From Squalus acanthias (Eukaryota), in contig CM059431.1 in NCBI GenBank assembly GCA_030390025.1, positions 94,924,001 through 94,988,000 on the forward strand: 64,000 bases of DNA, read 5' to 3'. Below are positions 48,521 through 59,745 of this stretch, one piece after another; within the stretch, counting starts at the first letter, position 1, and the number at the start of each line of letters is the position of its first letter. Below the pieces are notes generated by a model. The model made no database searches. It had not been told where the DNA came from and worked only from the letters and a program-made list of their open reading frames with translations. The position numbers were made by a program, and so were the translations under genes.

Positions 48521-50760
48521 GCCAACGGAGTTGAAGATTGGACCGTATGCATAGAGAAAAAAGAAACTGTGGTATCCTGCAGCCACGATGGCAGCAGTCT
48601 GAGCTTGCATGGCAGCAAGCTAAGCTTGCATGACAGAAGTCTGAGGAGCTCACCAAGGATGTCCTCACTGAAATCTGCCACCTGCTGCAGCCACAACTGC
48701 AAACTCAGGGCAGGACAAGGAACACATTGCCAGTGGCTGGAGCAGGAGATATATGCAACATCTCCCAGTTTTCAATCCACTGTTGCATAGTAACTGAGGC
48801 TCTGTATTCCAAGAGAGCTGAATACATTTCATTCACTCTGGCCCGAGAGCAGCAGGTGGGGCGGGCACACGGCTTCACGAGGATTGTAGGTTTCCCCATG
48901 GTACAGGGTGCCATTGACTGCACGCGCGTCGCTTTGTGGGCGCCACATGTAAACCCTGAGATGTGCCACAACCAAAAGGGATTCCACTCCCTCAATGTGC
49001 AGCTGGTGTGCGGCCATACTCAGTGAATCATGCAGGTGAATGCCGGTATCCTGGCAGCAGTCATGATGCCTTCATTCTGCGGTAGTCTGCTGTGCCATCT
49101 GCATTTGAGCCACCACGACAAACCAGAGGGTGGCTACTGGGCGACAAGGGCTATCCATTAACACCATGGCTCATGACTCCAGTGCACAACCCATGCACAC
49201 ATGGTCAGCATTCATACAATGATAGCCATGTTGCCTCACAAAATATCATTGGGCAGACCATTGGCATGCTGAAGTAACGCTTCCGCTGCCTGGACTGCTC
49301 TGGAGGAGCCCGGCAGTACTTGGCAGAGCAGGTGTCGAGATTCATGGTAGTCTCCTGCATGCTGCACAACCTTGCCACCATGAGGGCAAAGCCCTTGACA
49401 ACAGCTATATAGTGACCAACTGAGAAGCAGGAAGAGGAGGAAGTGGTGGAAGAGGAGAAGGAAGAGGAGGAGGAGGAAGAAGAAGGGAGTAGGCAACTTA
49501 GACAGCCGCTTTCTGGACGGGCTATCCGTGACCAACTCACCCGGCTGCGATACCGGTAAATGCAACCCCAATTCCCCATTCCCCAACAGTCCCACACCTT
49601 ACCATCCCTCTGTCACTGACCATCACAGCGTCTGCTTGGCCACCATGCAAAAATAAAAGCCAACACAAAATAAATTCCAGAACAAAGTTATAAATCAAAC
49701 AATGTCATATTGCATACAAGCATCAACAGATCACCCTTGTACATTCCCTTAGTGCCTGCCTTCTGTGTGCCTTTGCCTGTCCTAGTGCCCCTACACAGTG
49801 CTACCCCAGTGGCTACAGCATGGCTGGTGGAAGGCTGCTGACTTTCAGTGGGGGAGACTGCAGATGGTCTTGGAGAACGACCTTGAGCAGCTCTGGGCCT
49901 AGAAGGCCCAGCTTTGGACTGCATCATCTCTTCATGGGTGGCAGCAGTCTGTGCTGGCAGGCTGACAGGCAACAGCAAGGGCACTGGCGGAGTGGCAGGG
50001 GTGGGAGGATGAATGCTGTCCTCCTGAGAGAGGGCAGCAGGTTCATCCTCCACGGTGCCACAACCACTCACCTGGGGCAGCGCCTCAGCAATCCTGGTAA
50101 TCTGTTGGAGGACAGATTGCTGGACTGCTGTGACAACCTGCAAGCCCCTTTGAACCGTGGTATCTGCAGCCACAGAGGCAGCAGTCTGAGCTTGAGTGGC
50201 AGCAAGCTGAGCTTACATGGCAGAAGTCTGAGCTTCCACAGCATCACCCAGACATTGGCTGGCTTCTGCTTGTGCTACAATGGAAGCTGAGACATTGTCC
50301 ATCAGACGCTGCATCATGGTTGGGTCCACAGGTTTGCTAATGGAGTTGGCCACCACTTCCATGCTGGAAAGGATGGACTCCCAGCTCTGTGCAAAGCCCT
50401 TTGCCAAGTTGGTGCTGGACTCCTCCATGCTCCTTGACATTCATGGCCTTCTTCCGTAGCCCGTCCCATCGAAGTGCTCATCTGAGTCCTCTAAAGCAGA
50501 ACTCATGCATGACCTCACCCTCCAGTGAGCTGGCACCTGCAATACCCTTGTCCCCTGCCCTGGCTGCAGGTCACTCATACCCGATGTCTCATTACGTGCA
50601 GATCTCGCCTCTAAGCTATCCTTTAAATTATGCGCAGTGTCAGTATATGAGCTGGTGGCTGCGAGTGTGAAATCGAGTGACGGTGCTGTCTTCATCATCA
50701 CTACCTTCTTCCTCTTCCACCTGTTGCTCTTCCACCACTGCCTGGCCATGGGGATGGGGG
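48520..50760. mobile_element. Degenerate Harbinger family B: transposase (+, ~48650-49558) and Myb 3' exons (-)
   Basis: DICNISQ..IH...[41 protein letters not shown]; acidic tail; convergent ORFs 49688-50173 and 50213-50440. Confidence 0.85.
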
Positions 50761-51721
50761 AAAGTAAGAGGTGCATGCTTACACCATCTGCAGCTTGTAA
50801 ATCAATGCAGATCTGTTTCACATTCCTAGTTTTGTTCCTCCTGCGCAAAGGAAGGAAAAATGGATGACAGACATACTCTATGAAATAGCTAAGGGTGAAG
50901 TTAAAAGAGACAAAGGAGATTTGATGTTCAACATGTCCAACCAATGCATAGCAGCAATCAACAAAACCAATGGAATGTTGAGCTACACAGAGCCCACACA
51001 GTGGAACACGGGTCAGCGGAGGTAATGAACAAACTGTAAAGTGTTCTGGTCTGAGTGCCGTCCCCATGGCTTATAGAAGTGCGATCGTGCAAACACGATT
51101 TGCCCCTTATACGCGATGGCCAGGATAACATGGTAGCGCTTTAGTTGCTTGTATTTCAGGTTTTGTAGGCATTAATATAATATATAAATAGGACAGCAGT
51201 CCAAATAAAATTATTACTATTGGTTAAATCCGAGGGGTAATCTTCTGCTTAGATCGTAAACGGCAGTTTCAGGTCACCCTCACAGCCTGAAGATATAGAG
51301 AGCACCATCCCTTTAAAGTAGTGTTTCTTTAAATACAAGATATAAAGATACCAGGAATGCAGTTGAGAATTCAGATTAATCATGAGTCCTCTCCACCCCC
51401 ACCCCCTCCCCCACCCCCAAGTGATTTGTTATTAAATGGAGATGATAGAAGTAAACAGAGTGTAAAATACAAGCAACACTGCCTGAAACTGACAGTGAAG
51501 CGATCCATAGGTCACTGCTCTGATGCACCCGTTTCCAAACTGGACCTCCAGGGTCATCAAGTTTCTGTATTGCTTCATTACTTGTTGCCTGACTAGCACA
51601 TTACTTCCATTGCTATTTATTAATGAAATGAGAGCACTGTTTTCCTTTGGGTGGCTGACTGTGTCTTTCTGAAGTTAGGACAGGGGGCTCCTGGGAATGT
51701 GTCAATCTTTGCAATGTGTAC

Positions 51722-53670
51722 TTATAGAATCATGGAATGACACAGCACAGAAAGAGGCCATTCAGCCCATCGTGCCTGTGCTGACTCTTTGAAAGAACTA
51801 TCCAATTAGGCCCACTCCCCTGCCCTTTCGCCATAATGTAACACCCCTATTTAAGAAAGGAGGGAGACAGAAAGTAGGAAACTATAGACCAGTTAGCCTA
51901 ACATCTGTCATTGGGAAAATGCTGGAGTCCTTCATTAAGGAAGCAGTAGTAGGGCATTTGGAAAATCATAATGCAGTCAAGCAGAGTCAGCATGGTTTTA
52001 TGAAAGGGAAATCATGTTTAACAAATTTGCTGGAGTTCTTTGAGGATGTAACGAGCAGGGTGGATAAGGGTGAGCCAGTGGATGTGGTGTATTTGGATTT
52101 CCAGAAGACATTCGATAAGGTGCCACATAAAAGGTTACTGCATAAGATAAGAGCTCACGGAGTTCGGGGGTAATATATTAGCATGGATAGAGAATTGGCT
52201 AACTAACAGAAAGCAGAGAGTCGGGATAAATGGGTCATTTTCCAGTTGGCAAACGGTAACTAGTGGCGTGACACAGGGATCGGTGCTGGGGCCTCAACTA
52301 TGTACAATCTACATTAATGACTTTGATGAAGGGACCGAGTGTAATGTAGCCAAGTTTGTGGATGATACAAAGATGGGTGGGAAAGCAAGTTGTGCAGAGG
52401 ACTCAAAGAATCTGCAAAGGGATATAGACAGGCTAAGTGAGTGGGCAAACATTTGGCAGATGGGGTATAATGTGGGAAAGTGCGAGGTTATTCACTTTGG
52501 CAGCAAAAATAAAAAAGCAAATTATTATTTAAATGGAGAGAGATTACAAAATGCTACAGTTCAGAGGGACCTGGGGGTGCTTGTGCATGAAACACAAAAA
52601 GTTAGCGTGCAGGTGCAGCAAGTAATCAAAAAGGCAACTGGAATGTTGGCCTTTATTGCAAGGGGGTTGGAGTACAAAAGCAGGGAAGTCCTGCTACAAC
52701 TGTACAGGGTATTGGTGAGACCACACCTTGAGTACTGCGTACAGTTTTGGTCTCCTTATTTAAGGAAGGATATACTTGCATTGGAGGCAGTTCAGAGACG
52801 ATTCACACGGTTGATTCCTGAGATGAGGGGATTGACTTATGAAGAAAGGTTGAGCAGGTTGGGCCTATACTCATTGGAATTTAGAAGAATGAGAGGTGAT
52901 CTTATTGAAACATATAAGATACTGAGGGGGCTCGACAAGGTAGATGCAGAGAGGATGTTTCCCCTCGTGGGGAAATCTAGAACTCGGGGGCATAGTTTCA
53001 GAATAAAGGGTCGCCCTTTTCGAACTGAGATGAGGAGGAATTTCTTCTCTCAGAGGGTTGTAAATCTGTGGAATTCTCTGCCCCAGAGAGCCGTGGAGAC
53101 TGGGTCATTAAATACATTTAAGGTGGAGATAGATTTTTACAAGATAAGGGAGTGAAGGGTTATGGGGAGCGGGCAGGGAAGTGGCTTTGAGCCCAAGATC
53201 AGCCACGATCTTATTGAATGGCGGAGCAGGCTCGAGGGGCCAAGTGGCTATTCTTGCTCCTATTTCTTATGTTCTTATGTTCTTATAACCCTGCACATTT
53301 TTTCCCCTTCAATTATTTATCCAATTCCCTTTTGAAAGTTACCATTGAATCTGCTTCCACCACCCTTTCAGGCAGTGCTTTCCAGATCAGAACAACTCGC
53401 TGTGTAAAAAACAATTCTCCTCATCTTGCCTCTGGTTCTTTTGCCAATTACTTTAAATCTGTGTCCTTTGGTTACTGACCCTTCTGCCACTGGAAACAGT
53501 TTCTCCTTATTTACTCAATCAAAACCCTTCATGATTTTGAACACCTCTATCAAATCTCCCCTTACCCTTCTTGCTGAATGAAAAGCAACCCCAGCTTCTC
53601 TAGTCTCTCCATGTAACTGAAGTCCCTGGTACCATTCTCGGCACCCTCTCTAAGGCCTTGACATCCTTCC
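51722..53670 (-). mobile_element. CR1 3' end (minus) split by a plus-strand CR1 at 51836-53285
   Basis: atagaatcat tail at 51724; resumes at ~53286 with ataaccctgc; ataa duplicated at the junctions. Confidence 0.8.
51836..53285 (+). mobile_element. 5'-truncated CR1 (RT + 3' tail)
   Basis: ORFs 51919-52173 and 52268-53155; (ttcttatg)n tail. Confidence 0.95.
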
Positions 53671-54436
53671 TCTATTCCTATGATGCTCAGAATCCATCCA
53701 TTCATACACAGCCCAAAATAAACATAGCACTTAAGACGCTATAACTGGTAACTTTGAAATTGAGGTTAATGTAAATGGCTAATGCTTATCACTTTTTGAC
53801 CTATATAAGTGGCTGCCCATTTTAAACCTGGATGTTTTAAGTGGAGGGAACTATTGTGTCGATTCCAAGAAACAAGAACAGCATTCAAGCACTGGAGGCA
53901 ATACAGAGAAGAGCCATAAGCTGATTTTTTTTCGAGGTTAATTAGTATGGAAAGTGTAAATTCAGAAAATGGCTTTAATCTAAATTATAAGAGTAAGTCA
54001 AGGGGAAACACGTTCAAACAATAAAAAGGTAAATTTAGGACTGAAGTTCTTTTCACACAGAGAGTGATCACCGCATGGAATGGCTCCCTAATGGAGCAGT
54101 GGAGGTGAAAACCCTGGAATCATTTAACAAGCAATTAGATGTTGCAATGGAAGGGTTCGTTCGGGTCATTCTGGATGAACAATCTCAGATTGGCTGAATG
54201 GCCTTCATTATCTAGTGATCCTATTCTTGCACTGCCAAAAAAAAGTCAGCCACAGAGGAACACATATAGCAACTCCTATATTCAGAATTTAGATTATAGC
54301 AATCAAATCTATAACTTTAAGAACTTTCTGAAAGGCCAGAACATCACTGGTCTTTATCGTTCATTTTATAAGGGAGAGCTGGGTGCAAGACGATCAGGAA
54401 ATTTCATGAGCGCTCATTTCCATCTCATAGGCGTCA

Positions 54437-54785
54437 ACTGTGGCTCAGTGGTAGCACGCTTGCCTCTGAGTCAAAAAGTCATTGAGTCAAAAGGTCATTG
54501 ACACTTCAGTGCAGTAATGAGGGAGTGCTCGTCGGAGGTGCCATCTTTTGGATGAGATGTTAAACCAAGGCCCTTTTGCCTACCTGGTGTAACCAATATT
54601 TACTCCTCAGCCAACATCACTCAAACAGATTATCTGGTCATTATCTAATTGCTGTTAGGGGGACCTGGCTGTGCACATACATACAACAGTAACTGTACTT
54701 TATTACAGTACTTCATTGGTTGTAAAGCACTTTGGGGCCTCCTGAGGTTGTGAAAGGTGCTATATAAATGCAAGTTCTTTCTTTA
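54437..54785 (+). mobile_element. Deu-domain SINE
   Basis: tgtggctcagtggtagcac A-box; ggaggtgccatcttttggatgagatgttaaacc; ends aaaggtgctatataaatgcaagttctttc. Confidence 0.8.
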
Positions 54786-55071
54786 CTACCATAAAATTTC
54801 CCATTGAAATGATGCTCTTGCACATCTTGGGTAAGATAACTTTAGACCGAATAATGCTGTTGGTTGGAAAATGTTCCCTGTGGTGACTTAACCAAAACTG
54901 ATCCAATTCGGGACAACTTAGGTTTGGAATTCAGTTTTACACTCAGTTCCATTGTATTATAATATAAAAGCATGAGATAGTTCAAAATTAGTAAAGGCCA
55001 TTTTTAATATTTAGGCTCATTTTCCTTTTGCTGTGTTCTTCTTAAGCTCTTATTTGTATTTTTTTCCATAG

Positions 55072-55413
55072 TGTTGGCTGCTGGTTGGTCAGTTCCAGCA
55101 GTACCTGGGACATCAGTGGACCTACCGTGCCGTTTTACAGCGAACAAAGGTGACAATACCAATCATCTCCGTGTAACCATGCAGATGTCCAAGCCACTCA
55201 AAGTCGTCCATTCATTTCATTCTGGAAAGGATGACCTAGCACTTCAGGATTCTCAGTATAAAAATAGGACCAAATTTGTGTTGCCCAGATTTGTTGTCCA
55301 GCTCTCCAAAGTCTCAATCTCTGATGACGGACAGTATGAATGCATCATTCAAGTGAGAAGAGGAGACGAATACACAAAATATCATTCCTTTAAATTTCAT
55401 CTAGAACTTGTAG
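55072..55413 (+). CDS. IgV-domain exon of B7-family costimulatory ligand (CD80/CD86-like)
   Basis: ttttttccatAG acceptor and GTAAGT donor; 342 nt, phase 1-1, open frame. Motifs DLPC...VHSFHSGKDDLALQDSQYKNRT...L.KV..SDDGQYEC. The segment from RTKF to LELV aligns without gaps to the CD86 V-domain C-terminal half as I recall it. Confidence 0.9.
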
Positions 55414-55579
55414 GTAAGTTATTGAGTTACTTGTTCCTCTTCAGACTTCACATCTTGCCTACTTTACTCTGTTTATCTCCCTTTCAGGGCATTCAGTATG
55501 GGTATTTTTTTGGTAACTCCACTCCCAGCACAAGTCTTACTTAAAACCTCAGAATGACCACTTTCTGGCGCTCTTAATT

Positions 55580-55910
55580 TTTATTTAAATTTGTTCTTGG
55601 GATGTGGGCAACACTGAACCTCCCAGTTCCACATTCAGGATTGACCCATCCCTAGTTGCCCTGGAAGCATTAAGATTCAAGTATATAGAGTGGGATTAGA
55701 GTCAATGTAGGCCAGACCAGGTAGGAGTGACAGGTTCCCTTCCCTGAAGGAGGACAGTAGTGAATGAGTTTTTTTTAATGACAATCCAGTAGCTTTCATG
55801 GTCATTTTATCTGGTGCCAGCCCACAAATGACCAGATTTACTAAATTCAATTTCCAATTTCTCATGGTGAGAACCTCTGAATTGCTGGTCCAGTATCATA
55901 ACAACTAGGT
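55580..55910 (-). mobile_element. SINE-like repeat (related pieces at ~23070-23170 and ~57160-57370)
   Basis: Recurrent motif gggatgtgggc...ccatccctagttgccc...ggccagaccaggtagg..cccttccctgaagga. Confidence 0.5.
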
Positions 55911-56269
55911 TATGTACCTTCACACTTAAAGGGAGTAGAGACGGAAATAGGGCTACAATGCTGTAACTCCAATTCTCAAACCCATGCACCCTTTGAGCAT
56001 GGCTTTCCGATAGGAAAATGGGATTGGTGAATTTACCATCATGCCAGGATTTATGATGGAGTTAGGCTGCAGTTATATTACACTCAAGGTCTGAAACCAG
56101 CAGCTATTATGTGCAAAGTGCAGGCAGAAAGACCAGTTATACCATAGACTGCAAATAAGACTCTCTCTACCAGAAGAGAGCATCAGTTGCTATCTTTTAA
56201 TGTTAGGAGAGCTCATGGAACAGTCTTGTAATATTAAAATGACTCAGGACAGGCTGCGCAAATGGGACA

Positions 56270-56457
56270 CCTTTCCACCTCTCTATCGTTCTTTAATATG
56301 CTCCATAAAACCTACCTCGTTGACCAAGCTTTAGGTCACCTGTCCTAATGTCTTCTTCTTTAGCTCATTGTCAATTTTTTTGTCTGAATACTTGTGAAGG
56401 GCTTTGGGATGTTTTACTACATTAAAGGTGCTATATAAAGGCAAGTATTTGTTGTTG
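56270..56457 (+). mobile_element. L2 3' end fragment
   Basis: Matches 8210-8374 (aaaacctacctc..tgaccaagcttt...ttaaaggtgctatataaa...ttgttgttg). Confidence 0.75.
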
Positions 56458-58469
56458 TACAGTAGGCCTGGCTCACTTTATATTGGGTCTCGAGCCTCAT
56501 TTAAATTATACCAGCGAGCTGCAGACCCCTACTGGGCATCCGCAGGCAGCTTGCCGGTGAAGAGGCCTGGAATATTTTGCTGCAGCGTTGCTGAAAGCAG
56601 CCCTGAGATAAGTCATTAAAGGGGAAGGGAAGGTGACCGGGAGGGGGGTGCGACTGGGAGGGGGACGATTTTGTGGAGAAGGTGGGGGGGGGTTTGGTGG
56701 TATATGTGGCGATTGGAAGGGGGAGGATGAGCAGTGGCTGGCAGCGGCTCATGGTTTCAATGCAGAGCCAGGAGGAGTACTACTGCACCTCCTGGTGTCA
56801 CATTCAGGTCGGTACATTTTTAAAATGTACCTTTTTGGTGGCGGCCTGCAGGACCCCTTTAAGGACCGCTGGTTAGGCCACATATAAACCTGGTTTTCTG
56901 AATCCAGCTGGTAACCCAATCTTTCACAGGGGGCCTCAAACAGGCTGTTGGCCCCTTATTTGAATATGCAAAGGATCTAAAGCTTGTTTCTGGTGTGGGC
57001 CCTGGATGCCTATTTTTTTGCCTGTACCAATATGGTGGGCAGCGCACTTCCAGCTCATAATGATCTTCCTGCCTGCTATATTGGAGGCTTAGGAATCCAT
57101 TTAGCACCCGAAAAAACAGGTGCGACACTATTACATTTCCAGACTTCCATGTTTAAAATCTTTTCTCTTGAGATGTGGATGCCACTGATATGGCAGCATT
57201 TATTATCCATCCGCAGAGCTAACCACATAGCTTGGACTCGAGTCACAACTAAGTTATCACGACAATCCACCAGCTCCCACGGTCATCTTTTCCTGGTGCC
57301 AGGCCATAGATTATCAGATCTATTGAACTGAATTTTGCAACTTGCCATGGTAGGATTTGAACTCCTGCGGGTCTATCTTATCTCTCCCACCTGCCTGGTG
57401 GAAACCAGATGGTGGTGGGGGTTACAGTTTACCCACTCCTTTCTTGCCCTGATCTGGCCAACTGCAATTTTAAATTACAGGCGGCGAGGACACACGCCCC
57501 AAACTAGCGAGGACCTCTTTAAATATGCAGATCGGGCTCTGATTACATCATCAGGGTCCGATCTGCTATTATAATCTGAGGCCTGAGCAGGGGAGCAGTG
57601 ATGGCTTCCCCACCAGGAAAAACCTGCTGGAAACAGCAGCCAGGGCCAGAACAGACCCAGCAATGTAATAATTAAAAAACATTTTTTAGTATCCTTGCGG
57701 GCCATGAGGTGCAGTAGTTCTCCTCTGGGTCCACAAGGTGACATTCGGCCTCCCTGTCTGAGATTTCCCCTTCAGCCGGGCAGCCGCTTCCCGCCGACTT
57801 CCTAGCCTCCCCACTACTGCTCCTGGACTGGCGGCTGCTTGCTTTGCCGCGTTCTTGCCTGAGATTTAAAACCAAGCCCTGATCTCTGGGTTGGTTAGGC
57901 TAGTACCATAACCACTAGGCTACATTATCCCTTAGAAAGTAGTGCCTTTTAAAGATTGGAGTTATATTGCACCCATGGCCAAGCCCAAGTGCTAGGAGAT
58001 AACCAGTTGGTTTCAGTGCACTTAGGAATCAGATTTTCAAGTTAACGACCACTTTTACATCAATACAAATCCAAAACTGCTTTGAGTATAACTGCAGTCT
58101 TAGACTGGTAATGATAGAATTAATCTGTGTTAATTTCTTGAGTTATTTTATGGGATTGAAAATATTTATGGAATAGAAATGTAATACAAGCAACATAATA
58201 GATCCTAATGTGACACCAAAATTTGCTTGAGATAATAACGACTATTAAAGAAACTGATTGATGTCATATATAAAGTATTTAGATATAACCAACCTCAAAG
58301 CAGGAACAAGAAGTGTCACTGTATGATCAGTTATCAACCTGCCTTCCAACTGAGTTGGGAGCCCAAACTTTTAAAGCTTACCCTGATATTTCATCTGTGT
58401 TGTTAACGGCCTCTAAACTGTGCCCCCACCCCCCACCTGCCATAATAAATGCTCTCAATCTGCCCATGG

Positions 58470-59300
58470 AGGAGGAGGAGGAGGAGGATTAAAGATTAAA
58501 AATATTATTACAACATTAGCAAGAGAGGATATAGATAGGGGAAAGCAATCAGCGCAGATTCTATGGTTAGAATTGAGGAATAAGAGAGGACTTAAAACTG
58601 TCTACAGGCCTCCTGATAGCAGCAATGAAGTGTCCGAATATATTAATTCAGAGATTAGAGAAGCTTGTAGCAAAAGCAGAGTTGTTTTAATGGGAGACTT
58701 TAATTTTCATATAGATTGGGACGAGCAGAGTTAGAAAGGTAGTGATTTTCTTGAGTGCATTCGAGATAGTTTTCTGGAGAAATATGTTCTACAACCAACA
58801 AGAGGGCAGGCCATACTAGATTTGCAATGAGTAATGAGCCAGACTTAGTTAATAATCTTAAAATAAGAGAATATTTATCTGACAATGATCATAAAATGAT
58901 CGAATTCAATGGTAGGTTTGAAAAGGAGACACTTAAAACAGTTACTAAGATTCTAGATTTTGGTAAGGTCAACATTAACTTTAACGGGATGAGACAGAGA
59001 CTGGCGACAGCAAACTGGTCAAAACTGTTATCAGGTGAAAATACAGATGAACTTCAAAAAAGTTCAAAAAATAATTTGTTTAATACAGGACCAGTTTATA
59101 TGCCTAAGGGGCAGGACTTCTACTTATCAAAAAAACAGCCATGGTCGAGAAAAGAGGTGAGAGGTAACATTAAACTAAAGGAAAGAGGTGAGAGGTAACA
59201 TTAAACTAAAGGAAAGAGCATACAAAGGTGCAAAGAATAGTGTAGATCTAGGGGACTGGGACAGATATAAAGAACAGCAAAGGGAGACAAAAAAGATAGT
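58470..59300 (+). mobile_element. Old CR1 endonuclease fragment
   Basis: LWLELRNK..VYRPP...VLMGDFN; SDNDHKMIEF. Confidence 0.8.
59151..59212 (+). repeat. Perfect 31-bp tandem duplication
   Basis: aaagaggtgagaggtaacattaaactaaagg x2. Confidence 0.9.
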
Positions 59301-59745
59301 ACATAAGAACATAAGAACATAAGAAATAGGAGCAGGAGTAGGCCATTCGGCCCTTCGAGCCTGCTCCGCAATTCAATAAGATCGTGGCTGATCTTCTACC
59401 TCAACTCCACCTTCCTGCACTAGCCCCATATCCCTCGATTCCCTTAATATCCAAAAATCTATTGATTGCTGTCTTGAATATACTCAACGACTGAGCATCC
59501 ACAGCCTTCTGGGATAGAGAATTCACAACTTTTTGAGTGAAGAAATTTCTCCTCATCTCAGTCCTAAATATCCGGCACCTTATTTTGAGACTGTGACCCA
59601 TAGTTCGAGACTCCCCAGCCAGGGGAAACATTCTCCCAGTATCTACCCTGTCAAGCCCCTTAAGAATTTTATGCGTTTCAATGAGATCACCGCTTATTCT
59701 TCTAAACTCTAGGGAAAAAAATGCCTAGCCTCCTCAATCTCTCCT
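59300..59745 (-). mobile_element. CR1 3' end
   Basis: (acataaga)n tail; ORF 59401-59631. Confidence 0.9.

Noticed and set aside
54809..54830. Alternative leader ATGATGCTCTTGCACATCTTGG|GTAAGA (MMLLHIL, phase 1) just upstream of the IgV exon
   Set aside because: It is phase-compatible but very short, abuts a SINE tail and has no promoter evidence. The 5242 exon gives a much better signal peptide. It is not excluded as a minor isoform.
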